NCBI GenBank assembly: GCA_964016885.1
Contig: OZ024740.1
Coordinates: forward strand, 440,138,001 to 440,202,000
Length of the DNA stretch: 64,000 nt
DNA from: Eledone cirrhosa
Taxonomy: Eukaryota
Direction of reading: 5' to 3'
This document shows positions 1 through 18,400 of the stretch, one piece after another (the first letter of the stretch is position 1; each line of letters opens with the position of its first letter). The translations under genes were made by a program, and so were the position numbers. The notes under the pieces were generated by a model. The model was not told the DNA's origin and did no database searches. It was given only the letters and a program-made list of their open reading frames with translations.

Positions 1-148
1 ACTGACATCTATATAATAACAACACAAGTCTGACATCTATATAATAACACCACATTTCTGACATCTATATAATAACATCACAAATCTGACATCTATATAA
101 TAACACCACATGTCTGACATCTATACAATAACACCACAAGTCTGACAT

Positions 149-1925
149 CTATATGATAACACCACAAGTCAGACATCTATATAATAACTCCAGATGTCTG
201 ATATCTATACAATAACACCACAAGTCTGACATATATATAATAACACCACATGTCTGACATCTATATAATAACACCACATGTGTGACATCTATATAATGAC
301 ACCACATGTCTGACATCAATCTAATAACACCACAAGCCTGACATCTATATAATAACACCACATGTCTGACATCTATATAATAACACCAGATGTCTGACAT
401 CTATATAATAACACCACATATCTGCCATCTATATAATAACACAACATGTCTGGCATCTATATAATAACACCACAAGTCTGACATCTACATAATAACACCA
501 CAAGTCTGACATCTATATAATAACACCACAAGTCTGATATCTATACAATAATACCACATGTCTAACATCTATATAATAACACCACAAGTCTGATATCTAT
601 ACAATAATACCACATGTCTAACATCTATATAATAACACCATATGTCTGACATCTATACAATAAAACCACATGTCTGACATCTATATAATAACACCACATA
701 TCTGCCATCTATATAATAACACAACATGTCTGACATCTATATAATAACACCAGATATCTGACATCTATACAATAACACCACAAGTCTGCATCTATATAAT
801 AACACCAGATGTCTGAGATCTATATAATAACACCACATGTGACATCTATACAATAACACCACAAGTCTGCATCTATATAATAACACCATATGTCTGACAT
901 CTATATAATAACACCACATGTCTGACATCTATATAATAACACCACAAATCTGACATCTATATAATAACACCACATGTCTGACATCTATATAATAACACCA
1001 CATGTCTGACATCTATATAATAACACCAAAAGTCTGACATCTATACAATAACACCACATTCCTGACATCTATATAATAACACATGTCTGACATCTATATA
1101 ATAACACCACATGTCTGACATCTATATAATAACACCACAAGTCTGACATCTATATAATAACACCACGTGTCTGACATCTATATAATAACACCACAAATCT
1201 GACATCTATACATTAATACCACATGTCTGACATCTATATAATAACACCAGATGTCTGACATCTATATAATAACACCACATGTGACATCTATATAATAACA
1301 CCACATGTCTGACATCTATATAATAACACCACAAGTCTGACATCTATATAATAACACCACATGTCTGACATCTATATAATAACACCACATGTGTGACATC
1401 TATATAATAACACCACATTTCTGACATCTATATAATAACACATGTCTGACATCTATATAATAACACCACATGTCTGACATCTATATAATAACACCACAAG
1501 TCTGACATCTATATAATAACACCACAAGTCTGACATCTATACAATAATACCACATGTCTAACATCTATATAATAACACCACATGTCTGACATCTATATAA
1601 TAACACCGCATGTGATATCTATATAATAACACCACATGTCTGACAACTATAAATTAACACCACATGTCTGACATCTATATAATAACACCAGATGTCTGAC
1701 ATCTATATAATAACACCAGATGTCTGTCATCTATACAATAACACCACAAGCCTGCATCTATATAATAACACCATATGACTGACATCTATATAATAACAAC
1801 ACAAGTCTGACATCTATATAATAACACCACATTTCTGACATCTATATAATAACATCACAAATCTGACATCTATATAATAACACCACATGTCTGACATCTA
1901 TACAATAACACCACAAGTCTGACAT
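149..1925. repeat. 1777-bp higher-order block of the 28-mer (64 monomers)
   Basis: Identical artefact ORFs are 1777 bp apart at 149/1926, 15580/17357, 19203/20980, 22826/24603 and 42794/44571. The length fits 64x28=1792 minus three 27-mers, three 26-mers and two 25-mers (15 bp), counted in 149-1925. Confidence 0.85.
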
Positions 1926-4900
1926 CTATATGATAACACCACAAGTCAGACATCTATATAATAACTCCAGATGTCTGATATCTATACAATAACACCACAA
2001 GTCTGACATATATATAATAACACCACATGTCTGACATCTATATAATAACACCACATGTGTGACATCTATATAATGACACCACATGTCTGACATCAATCTA
2101 ATAACACCACAAGCCTGACATCTATATAATAACACCACATGTCTGACATCTATATAATAACACCAGATGTCTGACATCTATATAATAACACCACATATCT
2201 GCCATCTATATAATATCACAACATGTCTGGCATCTATATAATAACACCACAAGTCTGACATCTATATAATAACACCACAAGTCTGATATCTATACAATAA
2301 TACCACATGTCTAACATCTATATAATAACACCACAAGTCTGATATCTATACAATAATACCACATGTCTAACATCTATATAATAACACCATATGTCTGACA
2401 TCTATACAATAAAACCACATGTCTGACATCTATATAATAACACCACATATCTGCCATCTATATAATAACACAACATGTCTGGCATCTATATAATAACACC
2501 AGATATCTGACATCTATACAATAACACCACAAGTCTGCATCTATATAATAACACCAGATGTCTGAGATCTATATAATAACACCACATGTGACATCTATAC
2601 AATAACACCACAAGTCTGCATCTATATAATAACACCATATGTCTGACATCTATATAATAACACCACATGTCTGACATCTATATAATAACACCACAAATCT
2701 GACATCTATATAATAACACCACATGTCTGACATCTATATAATAACACCACATGTCTGACATCTATATAATAACATCAAAAGTCTGACATCTATACAATAA
2801 CACCACATTCCTGACATCTATATAATAACACCAGATGTCTGACATCTATATAATAACACCACATGTGACATCTATATAATAACACCACATGTGTGACATC
2901 TATATAATAACACCACATGTCTGACATCTATCTAATGACACCACAAGTCTGACATCTATATAATAACACCACAAGTGTGACATCTATATAATAATACCAT
3001 ATGTCTGACATCTATATAATAACACCACATGTCTGACATCTATATAATAACACCACAAGTCTGACATCTATATAATAACACCACATGTCTGACATCTATA
3101 TAATAACACCACATGTCTGACATCTATATAATAACACCAAAAGTCTGACATCTATACAATAACACCACATTTCTGACATCTATATAATAACACATGTCTG
3201 ACATCTATATAATAACACCACATGTCTGACATCTATATAATAACACCACAAGTCTGACATCTATATAATAACACCACAAGTCTGACATCTATACAATAAT
3301 ACCACATGTCTAACATCTATATAATAACACCATATGTCTGACATCTATACAATAATACCACATGTCTGACATCTATATAATAACACCACGTGTCTGATAT
3401 CTATATAATAACACCACAATTCTGACATCTATATAATAACACCACATGTATGACATCTATATAATAACACAACATGTTTGACATCTATATAATAACACCA
3501 CATGTGTGACATCTATATAATGACACCACATGTCTGACATCAATCTAATAACACCACAAGCCTGACATCTATATAATAACACCACATGTCTGACATCTAT
3601 ATAATAACACCAGATGTCTGACATCTATATAATAACACCACATATCTGCCATCTATATAATAACACAACATGTCTGGCATCTATATAATAACACCACAAG
3701 TCTGACATCTACATAATAACACCACAAGTCTGACATCTATATAATAACACCACAAGTCTGATATCTATACAATAATACCACATGTCTAACATCTATATAA
3801 TAACACCACAAGTCTGATATCTATACAATAATACCACATGTCTAACATCTATATAATAACACCATATGTCTGACATCTATACAATAAAACCACATGTCTG
3901 ACATCTATATAATAACACCACATATCTGCCATCTATATAATAACACAACATGTCTGACATCTATATAATAACACCAGATATCTGACATCTATACAATAAC
4001 ACCACAAGTCTGCATCTATATAATAACACCAGATGTCTGAGATCTATATAATAACACCACATGTGACATCTATACAATAACACCACAAGTCTGCATCTAT
4101 ATAATAACACCATATGTCTGACATCTATATAATAACACCACATGTCTGACATCTATATAATAACACCACAAATCTGACATCTATATAATAACACCACATG
4201 TCTGACATCTATATAATAACACCACATGTCTGACATCTATATAATAACACCAAAAGTCTGACATCTATACAATAACACCACATTCCTGACATCTATATAA
4301 TAACACATGTCTGACATCTATATAATAACACCACATGTCTGACATCTATATAATAACACCACAAGTCTGACATCTATATAATAACACCACGTGTCTGACA
4401 TCTATATAATAACACCACAAATCTGACATCTATACATTAATACCACATGTCTGACATCTATATAATAACACCAGATGTCTGACATCTATATAATAACACC
4501 ACATGTGACATCTATATAATAACACCACATGTCTGACATCTATATAATAACACCACAAGTCTGACATCTATATAATAACACCACATGTCTGACATCTATA
4601 TAATAACACCACATGTGTGACATCTATATAATAACACCACATTTCTGACATCTATATAATAACACATGTCTGACATCTATATAATAACACCACATGTCTG
4701 ACATCTATATAATAACACCACAAGTCTGACATCTATATAATAACACCACAAGTCTGACATCTATACAATAATACCACATGTCTAACATCTATATAATAAC
4801 ACCACATGTCTGACATCTATATAATAACACCGCATGTGATATCTATATAATAACACCACATGTCTGACAACTATAAATTAACACCACATGTCTGACATCT

Positions 4901-5220
4901 ATATAATAACACCAGATGTCTGACATCTATATAATAACACCAGATGTCTGTCATCTATACAATAACACCACAAGCCTGCATCTATATAATAACACCATAT
5001 GACTGACATCTATATAATAACAACACAAGTCTGACATCTATATAATAACACCACATTTCTGACATCTATATAATAACATCACAAATCTGACATCTATATA
5101 ATAACACCACATGTCTGACATCTATACAATAACACCACAAGTCTGACATCTATATGATAACACCACAAGTCAGACATCTATATAATAACTCCAGATGTCT
5201 GATATCTATACAATAACACC
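270..5220. repeat. Local duplication at a 3224-bp offset (about 270-1995 copied at about 3495-5220); boundaries approximate
   Basis: ORF markers at 737/3961 and the private variant CGCATGTGATATC at 1611/4835 are both offset by 3224. After about 5220 the offset becomes 2720 (2486/5206), i.e. 504 bp or 18 monomers shorter. Confidence 0.75.
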
Positions 5221-8200
5221 ACAAGTCTGACATCTATACAATAACACCACAAGTCTGCATCTATATAATAACACCAGATGTCTGAGATCTATATAATAAC
5301 ACCACATGTGACATCTATACAATAACACCACAAGTCTGCATCTATATAATAACACCATATGTCTGACATCTATATAATAACACCACATGTCTGACATCTA
5401 TATAATAACACCACAAATCTGACATCTATATAATAACACCACATGTCTGACATCTATATAATAACACCACATGTCTGACATCTATATAATAACATCAAAA
5501 GTCTGACATCTATACAATAACACCACATTCCTGACATCTATATAATAACACCAGATGTCTGACATCTATATAATAACACCACATGTGACATCTATATAAT
5601 AACACCACATGTGTGACATCTATATAATAACACCACATGTCTGACATCTATCTAATGACACCACAAGTCTGACATCTATATAATAACACCACAAGTGTGA
5701 CATCTATATAATAATACCATATGTCTGACATCTATATAATAACACCACATGTCTGACATCTATATAATAACACCACAAGTCTGACATCTATATAATAACA
5801 CCACATGTCTGACATCTATATAATAACACCACATGTCTGACATCTATATAATAACACCAAAAGTCTGACATCTATACAATAACACCACATTTCTGACATC
5901 TATATAATAACACATGTCTGACATCTATATAATAACACCACATGTCTGACATCTATATAATAACACCACAAGTCTGACATCTATATAATAACACCACAAG
6001 TCTGACATCTATACAATAATACCACATGTCTAACATCTATATAATAACACCATATGTCTGACATCTATACAATAATACCACATGTCTGACATCTATATAA
6101 TAACACCACGTGTCTGATATCTATATAATAACACCACAATTCTGACATCTATATAATAACACCACATGTATGACATCTATATAATAACACAACATGTTTG
6201 ACATCTATATAATAACACCAGATGTCGGACATCTATATAATAACACAACATGTCTGACATCTATATAATAACACCACAAGTCTGACATGTATATAATAAC
6301 ACCGCATGTCTGACATCTATATAATAACACCACAAGTCTGACATCTATATAATAACACCACATGTGTGACATTTATATAATAACACCACATGTCTGACAT
6401 ATATATATAATAACACCACATGTCTGACATCTATATAATAACACCTCAAGTCTGACATCTATACAATAATACCACATGTCTAACATCTATATAATATCAC
6501 CATATGTCTGACATCTATACAATAATACCACATGTCTGACATCTATATAATAACACCAGATGCCTGATATCTATATAATAACACCACATGTGACATCTAT
6601 ATAATAACACCACAAGTCTGACATCTATATAATAACACCACAAGTCTGACATCTATACATTAATACCACATGTCTGACATCTATATAATAACACCAGATG
6701 TCTGACATCTATATAATAACACCACATGTGACATCTATATAATAACACCACATGTCTGACATCTATATAATAACACCACAAGTCTGACATCTATATAATA
6801 ACACCACATGTCTGACATCTATATAATAACACCACATGTGTGACATCTATATAATAACACCACATGTCTGACATCTATCTAATGACACCACAAGTCTGAC
6901 ATCTATATAATAACACCAAAAGTCTGACATCTATACAATAACACCACATTTCTGACATCTATATAATAACACATGTCTGACATCTATATAATAACACCAC
7001 ATGTCTGACATCTATATAATAACACCACATGTCTGACATCTATATAATAACACCACAAGTCTCACATCTATACAATAATACCACATGTCTAACATCTATA
7101 TAATAACACCACATGTCTGACATCTATATAATAACACCGCATGTGACATCTATATAATAACACCACATGTCTGACAACTATAAATTAACACCACATGTCT
7201 GACATCTATAAAAATAACACCACAAGTCTGACATCTATATAATAACACCAGATGTCTGACATCTATATAATAACACCAGATGTCTGACATCTATACAATA
7301 ACACCACAAGTCTGCATCTATATAATAACACCACATGTCTGACATCCATATAATAACACCACAAGTCTGACATCTATATAATAACACCACAAGTCTGACA
7401 TCTATATAATAAAAGCACAAGTCTGACATCTATATAATAACACCACGTGTCTGATATCTATATAATAACACCACAATTCTGACATCTATATAATAACACC
7501 ACATGTCTGACATCTATATAATAACACCAGATGTCTGACATCTATATCATAACACAACATGTCTGACATCTATATAATAACACCACATGTCTGACAGCTA
7601 TATAATAACACCACAAGTCTGACATGTATATAATAACACCGCATGTCTGACATCTATATAATAACACCACAAGTCTGACATCTATATAATAACACCACAT
7701 GTGTGACATTTATATAATAACACCACATGTCTGACATATATATAATAACACCACAAGTCTGACATCTATACAATAATACCACATGTCTAACATCTATATA
7801 ATAACACCACATGTCTGACATCTATATAATAACACCGCATGTGACATCTATATAATAACACCACATGTCTGACAACTATAAATTAACACCACATGTCTGA
7901 CATCTATATAATAACACCACAAGTCTGACATCTATATAATAACACCAGATGTCTGACATCTATATAATAACACCAGATGTCTGACATCTATACAATAACA
8001 CCACAAGTCTGCATCTATATAATAACACCATATGACTGACATCTGTATAATAACAACACAAGTCTGACATCTATATAATAACACCACATGTCTGACATCT
8101 ATATAATAACATCACAAATCTGACATCTATATAATAACACCACATGTCTGACATCTATACAATAACACCACAAGTCTGACATCTATATGATAACACCACA

Positions 8201-11200
8201 AGTCAGACATCTATATAATAACTCCAGATGTCTGATATCTATACAATAACACCACAAGTCTGACATATATATAATAACACCACATGTCTGACATCTATAT
8301 AATAACACCACATGTGTGACATCTATATAATGACACCACATGTCTGACATCAATCTAATAACACCACAAGCCTGACATCTATATAATAACACCACATGTC
8401 TGACATCTATATAATAACACCAGATGACTGACATCTATATAATAACACCACATATCTGCCATCTATATAATAACACAACATGTCTGGCATCTATATAATA
8501 ACACCACAAGTCTGACATCTATATAATAACACCACAAGTCTGACATCTATATAATAACACCACAAGTCTGATATCTATACAATAATACCACATGTCTAAC
8601 ATCTATATAATAACACCACAGGTCTGATATCTATACAATAATACCACATGTCTAACATCTATATAATAACACCATATGTCTGACATCTATACAATAAAAC
8701 CACATGTCTGACATCTATATAATAACACCACATATCTGCCATCTATATAATAACACAACATGTCTGACATCTATATAATAACACCAGATATCTGACATCT
8801 ATACAATAACACCACAAGTCTGCATCTATATAATAACACCAGATGTCTGAGATCTATATAATAACACCACATGTGACATCTATACAATAACACCACAAGT
8901 CTGCATCTATATAATAACACCATATGTCTGACATCTATATAATAACACCACATGTCTGACATCTATATAATAACACCACAAATCTGACATCTATATAATA
9001 ACACCACATGTCTGACATCTATATAATAACACCACATGTCTGACATCTATATAATAACACCAAAAGTCTGACATCTATACAATAACACCACATTCCTGAC
9101 ATCTATACAATAACACCACATTCCTGACATCTATATAATAACACATGTCTGACATCTATATAATAACACCACATGTCTGACATCTATATAATAACACCAC
9201 AAGTCTGACATCTATATAATAACACCACGTGTCTGACATCTATATAATAACACCGCATGTGACATCTATATAATAACACCACATGTCTGACAACTATAAA
9301 TTAACACCACAAGTCTGACATCTATATAATAACACCACAAATCTGACATCTATATAATAACAGCACAAGTCTGATATCTATATAATAACACCACGTGTTT
9401 GATATCTATATAATAACACCACAATTCTGACATCTATATAATAACACCACATGTCTGACATCTATATAATAACACCACATGTATGACATCTATATAATAA
9501 CACAACATGTTTGACATCTATATAATAACACCAGATGTCTGACATCTATATAATAACACAACATGTCTGACATCTATATAATAACACCACATGTCTGACA
9601 TCTATATAATAACACCACAAGTCTGACATGTATATAATAACACCGCATGTCTGACATCTATATAATAACACCACAAGTCTGACATCTCAATAATAACACC
9701 ACATGTGTGACATTTATATAATAACACCACATGTCTGACATATATATAATAACACCACATGTCTTACATCTATATAATAACACCACAAGCCTGACATCTA
9801 CATAATAACACCACAAGTCTGACATCTATACAATAATACCAAATGTCTGACATACATATAACACCAGATGTCTGACATCTATATAATAACACCACATGTG
9901 AAATCTATATAATAACACCACATGTCTGACATCTATATAATAACACCACATGTCTACCATCTATATAATAACACCACATGTCTGACATCTATATAATAAC
10001 ACCACAAGTCTGACATCTATATATTAACACCAGATGTCTGACATCTATATAATAATACCACAAGTCTGACATCTATATAATAACACCAGATGTCTGACAT
10101 CTATATAATAACACCACCTTTCTGCCATCTATATAATAACACCACATGTCTGACATCTATATAATAACACCAGATGTCTGACATCTATATAATAACACCA
10201 CATATCTGCCATCTATATAATAACACAACATGTCTGACATCTATATAATAACACCAGATGTCTGACATCTATACAATAACACCACAAGTCTGCATCTATA
10301 TAATAACACCATATGACTGACATCTATATAATAACACCACATGTGACATCTATATAATAACACCACATGTCTGACATCTATATAATAACACCACAAGTCT
10401 GACATCTATATAATAACACCACATGTCTGACATCTATATAATAACACCACATGTGTGACATATATATAATAACACCACATGTCTGACATCTATATAATAA
10501 CACCACATGTGTGACATCTATATAATGACACCACATGTCTGACATCAATCTAATAACACCACAAGTCTGACATCTATATAATAACACCACATTTCAGACA
10601 TCTATATAATAACACCAGATGTCTGACATCTATATAATAACACCACATATCTGCCATCTATATAATAACACAACATGTCTGACATCTATATTTTAACACC
10701 AGATGTCTGACATCTATACAATAACACCACAAGTCTGCATCTATATAATAACACCATATGACTGACATCTATATAATAACAACACAAGTCTGACATCTAC
10801 ATAATAACACCACATGTCTGACATCTATATAATAACATCACAAATCTGACATCTATATAATAACACCACATGTCTGACATCTATACAATAACACCACAAG
10901 TCTGACATCTATATGATAAAACCACAAGTCTGACATCTATATAATAACACCAGATGTCTGACATCTATATAATAACACAACATGTCTGACATCTATATAA
11001 TAACACCACATGTCTGACAGCTATGTAATAACACCACAAGTCTGACATGTATATAATAACACCGCATGTCTGATATCTATACAATAACACCACACGTCTG
11101 ACATATATATAATAACACCACATGTCTGACATCTATATAATAACACCACATGTGTGACATCTATATAATGACACCACATGTCTGACATCAATCTAATAAC

Positions 11201-12650
11201 ACCAGAAGTCTGACATCTATATAATAACACCACATGTCTGACATCTATATAATAACATCACAAATCTGACATCTATATAATAACACCACATGTCTGACAT
11301 CTATACAATAACACCACAAGTCTGACATCTATATGATAACACCACAAGTCTGACATCTATATAATAACTCCAGATGTCTGATATCTATACAATAACACCA
11401 CAAGTCTGACATATATATAATAACACCACATGTCTGACATCTATATAATAACACCACATGTGTGACATCTATATAATGACACCATATGACTGACATCTAT
11501 ATAATAACAACACAAGTCTGACATCTATATAATAACACCACATGTCTGACATGTATATAATAACATCACAAATCTGACATCTATATAATAACACCACATG
11601 TCTGACATCTATACAGTAACACCACAAGTCTGACATCTATATGATAACACCACAAGTCTGACATCTATATAATAACTCCAGATGTCTGATATCTATACAA
11701 TAACACCACAAGTCTGACATATATATAATAACACCACATGTCTGACATCTATATAATAACACCACATGTGTGACATCTATATAATGACACCACATGTCTG
11801 ACATCAATCTAATAACACCACAAGCCTGACATCTATATAATAACACCACATGTCTGACATCTATATAATAACACCAGATGTCTGACATCTATATAATAAC
11901 ACCACATATCTGCCATCTATATAATAACACAACATGTCTGGCATCTATATAATAACACCACAAGTCTGACATCTATATAATAACACCACAAGTCTGGGAT
12001 CTATATAATAACACCACAAGTCTGATATCTATACAATAATACCACATGTCTAACATCTATATAATAACACCACAAGTCTGATATCTATACAATAATACCA
12101 CATGTCTAACATCTATATAATAACACCATATGTCTGACATCTATACAATAAAACCACATGTCTGACATCTATATAATAACACCACATATCTGCCATCTAT
12201 ATAATAACACAACATGTCTGACATCTATATAATAACACCAGATATCTGACATCTATACAATAACACCACAAGTCTGCATCTATATAATAACACCAGATGT
12301 CTGACATCTATATAATAACACCACATGTGACATCTATACAATAACACCACAAGTCTGCATCTATATAATAACACCATATGTCTGACATCTATATAATAAC
12401 ACCACATGTCTGACATCTATATAATAACACCACAAGTCTGACATCTATATAATAACACCACATGTCTGACATCTATATAATAACACCACATGTCTGACAT
12501 CTATATAATAACACCAAAATCTGACATCTATACAATAACACCACATTCCTGACATCTATATAATAACACATGTCTGACATCTATATAATAACACCACATG
12601 TCTGACATCTATATAATAACACCACAAGTCTGACATCTATATAATAACAC

Positions 12651-13150
12651 CACAAGTCTGACATCTATACAATAATACCACATGTCTAACATCTATATAA
12701 TAACACCATATGTCTGACATCTATACAATAATACCACATGTCTGACATCTATATAATAACACCACGTGTCTGACATCTATATAATAACACCGCATGTGAC
12801 ATCTATATAATAACACCACATGTCTGACAACTATAAATTAACACCACATGTCTGACATCTATATAATAACACCACAAATCTGACATCTATATAATAACAC
12901 CACAAGTCTGACATCTATACAATAATACCACATGTCTAACATCTATATAATAACACCATATGTCTGACATCTATACAATAATACCACATGTCTGACATCT
13001 ATATAATAACACCACGTGTCTGACATCTATATAATAACACCGCATGTGACATCTATATAATAACACCACATGTCTGACAACTATAAATTAACACCACATG
13101 TCTGACATCTATATAATAACACCACAAATCTGACATCTATATAATAACAC
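12651..13150. repeat. 250-bp (9-monomer) tandem duplication
   Basis: The same variant run starts at 12651 and 12901. CGCATGTGAC lies at 12791/13041 and CTATAAATTA at 12831/13081. It is single-copy in the paralogous segments near 35.1, 40.1 and 49.5 kb. Confidence 0.8.
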
Positions 13151-15479
13151 GACAAGTCTGACATCTATATAATAACAGCACAAGTCTGACATCTATATAA
13201 TAACACCACGTGTTTGATATCTATATAATAACACCACAATTCTGACATCTATATAATAACACCACATGTCTGACATCTATATAATAACACCACATGTATG
13301 ACATCTATATAATAACACAACATGTTTGACATCTATATAATAATACCAGATGTCTGACATCTATATACTAACACAACATGTCTGACATCTATATAATAAC
13401 ACCACATGTCTGACATCTATATAATAACACCACAAGTCTGACATGTATATAATAACACCGCATGTCTGACATCTATATAATAACACCACATGTGTGACAT
13501 TTATATAATAACACCACATGTCTGACATATATATTGTAACACCACATGTCTTACATCTATATAATAACACCACAAGACTGACATCTACATAATAACACCA
13601 CAAGTCTGACATCTATACAATAATACCAGATGTCTGACATATATATAACACCAGATGTCTGACATCTATATAATAACACCACATGTGACATCTATATAAT
13701 AACACCACATGTCTGACATCTATATAATAACACCACATGTCTACCATCTATATAATAACACCACATGTCTGACATCTATATAATAACACCACAAGTCTGA
13801 CATCTATATAATAACACCAGATGTCTGACATCTATATAATAATACCACAAGTCTGACATCTATATAATAACACCAGATGTCTGACATCTATATAATAACA
13901 CCACCTTTCTGCCATCTATATAATAACGCCACATGTCTGACATCTATAATATAACACCAGATGTCTGACATCTATATAATAACACCACATATCTGCCATC
14001 TATATAATAACACAACATGTCTGACATCTATATAATAACACCAGATGTCTGACATCTATACAATAACACCACAAGTCTGCATCTATATAATAACACCATA
14101 TGACTGACATCTATATAATAACACCACATGTGACATCTATATAATAACACCACATGTCTGACATCTATATAATAACACCACAAGTCTGACATCTACATAA
14201 TAACACCACATGTCTGACATCTATATAATAACACCACATGTGTGACATATATATAATAACACCACATGTCTGACATCTATATAATAACACCACATGGGTG
14301 ACATCTATATAATGACACCACATGTCTGACATCAATCTAATAACACCACAAGTCTGACATCTATATAATAACACCACATTTCAGACATCTATATAATAAC
14401 ACCAGATGTCTGACATCTATATAATAACACCACATATCTGCCATCTATATAATAACACAACATGTCTGACATCTATATATTAACACCAGATGTCTGACAT
14501 CTATATAATAACACCATATGTCTGGCATCTATATAATAACACCAAAAGTCTGACATCTATACAATAACACCACATTTCTGACATCTATATAATAACACAT
14601 GTCTGACATCTATATAATAACACCACATGTCTGACATCTATATAATAACACCACAAGTCTGACATCTATATAATAACACCACAAGTCTGACATCTATACA
14701 CTAATACCACATGTCTAACATCTATATAATAACACCATATGTCTGACATCTATACAATAATACCACATGTCTGACATCTATATAATAACACCAGATGCCT
14801 GATATCTATATAATAACACCACATGTGGCATCTATATAATAACACCACAAGTCTGACATCTATATAATAACACCACAAATCTGACATCTATACATTAATA
14901 CCACATGTCTGACATCTATATAATAACACCAGATGTCTGACATCTATATAATAACACCACATGTGACATCTATATAATAACAGCACATGTCTGGCATCTA
15001 TATAATAACACCACAAGTCTGACATCTATATAATAACACCACATGTCTGACATCTATATAATAACACCACATGTGTGACATCTATATAATAACACCACAT
15101 TTCTGACATCTATATAATAACACATGTCTGACATCTATATAATAACACCACATGTCTGACATCTATATAATAACACCACAAGTCTGACATCTATACAATA
15201 ATACCACATGTCTAACATCTATATAATAACACCACATGTCTGACATCTATATAATAACACCGCATGTGACATCTATATAATAACACCACATGTCTGACAA
15301 CTATAAATTAACACCACATGTCTGACATCTATATAATAACACCAGATGTCTGACATCTATATAATAACACCAGATGTCTGTCATCTATACAATAACACCA
15401 CAAGCCTGCATCTATATAATAACACCATATGACTGACATCTATATAATAACAACACAAGTCTGACATCTATATAATAAC

Positions 15480-18400
15480 ACCACATTTCTGACATCTATA
15501 TAATAACATCACAAATCTGACATCTATATAATAACACCACATGTCTGACATCTATACAATAACACCACAAGTCTGACATCTATATGATAACACCACAAGT
15601 CAGACATCTATATAATAACTCCAGATGTCTGATATCTATACAATAACACCACAAGTCTGACATATATATAATAACACCACATGTCTGACATCTATATAAT
15701 AACACCACATGTGTGACATCTATATAATGACACCACATGTCTGACATCAATCTAATAACACCACAAGCCTGACATCTATATAATAACACCACATGTCTGA
15801 CATCTATATAATAACACCAGATGTCTGACATCTATATAATAACACCACATATCTGCCATCTATATAATAACACAACATGTCTGGCATCTATATAATAACA
15901 CCACAAGTCTGACATCTACATAATAACACCACAAGTCTGACATCTATATAATAACACCACAAGTCTGATATCTATACAATAATACCACATGTCTAACATC
16001 TATATAATAACACCACAAGTCTGATATCTATACAATAATACCACATGTCTAACATCTATATAATAACATCATATGTCTGACATCTATACAATAAAACCAC
16101 ATGTCTGACATCTATATAATAACACCACATATCTGCCATCTATATAATAACACAACATGTCTGACATCTATATAATAACACCAGATATCTGACATCTATA
16201 CAATAACACCACAAGTCTGCATCTATATAATAACACCAGATGTCTGAGATCTATATAATAACACCACATGTGACATCTATACAATAACACCACAAGTCTG
16301 CATCTATATAATAACACCATATGTCTGACATCTATATAATAACACCACATGTCTGACATCTATATAATAACACCACAAATCTGACATCTATATAATAACA
16401 CCACATGTCTGACATCTATATAATAACACCACATGTCTGACATCTATATAATAACACCAAAAGTCTGACATCTATACAATAACACCACATTCCTGACATC
16501 TATATAATAACACATGTCTGACATCTATATAATAACACCACATGTCTGACATCTATATAATAACACCACAAGTCTGACATCTATATAATAACACCACGTG
16601 TCTGACATCTATATAATAACACCACAAATCTGACATCTATACATTAATACCACATGTCTGACATCTATATAATAACACCAGATGTCTGACATCTATATAA
16701 TAACACCACATGTGACATCTATATAATAACACCACATGTCTGACATCTATATAATAACACCACAAGTCTGACATCTATATAATAACACCACATGTCTGAC
16801 ATCTATATAATAACACCACATGTGTGACATCTATATAATAACACCACATTTCTGACATCTATATAATAACACATGTCTGACATCTATATAATAACACCAC
16901 ATGTCTGACATCTATATAATAACACCACAAGTCTGACATCTATATAATAACACCACAAGTCTGACATCTATACAATAATACCACATGTCTAACATCTATA
17001 TAATAACACCACATGTCTGACATCTATATAATAACACCGCATGTGACATCTATATAATAACACCACATGTCTGACAACTATAAATTAACACCACATGTCT
17101 GACATCTATATAATAACACCAGATGTCTGACATCTATATAATAACACCAGATGTCTGTCATCTATACAATAACACCACAAACCTGCATCTATATAATAAC
17201 ACCATATGACTGACATCTATATAATAACAACACAAGTCTGAGATCTATATAATAACACCACATTTCTGACATCTATATAATAACATCACAAATCTGACAT
17301 CTATATAATAACACCACATGTCTGACATCTATACAATAACACCACAAGTCTGACATCTATATGATAACACCACAAGTCAGACATCTATATAATAACTCCA
17401 GATGTCTGATATCTATACAATAACACCACAAGTCTGACATATATATAATAACACCACATGTCTGACATCTATATAATAACACCACATGTGTGACATCTAT
17501 ATAATGACACCACATGTCTGACATCAATCTAATAACACCACAAGCCTGACATCTATATAATAACACCACATGTCTGACATCTATATAATAACACCAGATG
17601 TCTGACATCTATATAATAACACCACATATCTGCCATCTATATAATATCACAACATGTCTGGCATCTATATAATAACACCACAAGTCTGACATCTATATAA
17701 TAACACCACAAGTCTGATATCTATACAATAATACCACATGTCTGACATCTATATAATAACACCACAAGTCTGATATCTATACAATAATACCACATGTCTA
17801 ACATCTATATAATAACACCATATGTCTGACATCTATACAATAAAACCACATGTCTGACATCTATATAATAACACCACATATCTGCCATCTATATAATAAC
17901 ACAACATGTCTGACATCTATATATTAACACCAGATGTCTGACATCTATACAATAACACCACAAGTCTGCATCTATATAATAACACCATATGACTGACATC
18001 TATATAATAACAACACAAGTCTGACATCTACATAATAACACCACATGTCTGACATCTATATAATAACATCACAAATCTGACATCTATATAATAACACCAC
18101 ATGTCTGACATCTATACAATAACACCACAAGTCTGACATCTATATGATAAAACCACAAGTCTGACATCTATATAATAACACCAGATGTCTGACATCTATA
18201 TAATAACACAACATGTCTGACATCTATATAATAACACCACATGTCTGACAGCTATATAATAACACCACAAGTCTGACATGTATATAATAACACCGCATGT
18301 CTGATATCTATACAATAACACCACACGTCTGACATATATATAATAACACCACATGTCTGACATCTATATAATAACACCACATGTGTGACATCTATATAAT

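Noticed and set aside
149-400. C2H2 zinc-finger array (28-aa period, YRCQTCG resembles YxCxxCG)
   Set aside because: There is no HxxxH pair at the right spacing and no TGEKP linker, and the consensus has an in-frame stop. Any 28-nt monomer yields a 28-codon period.
7201-7220. Unique 29-bp monomer with CTATAAAAATAAC
   Set aside because: It is a singleton homopolymer change absent from the paralog near 29970, so it may be a sequencing or consensus error.
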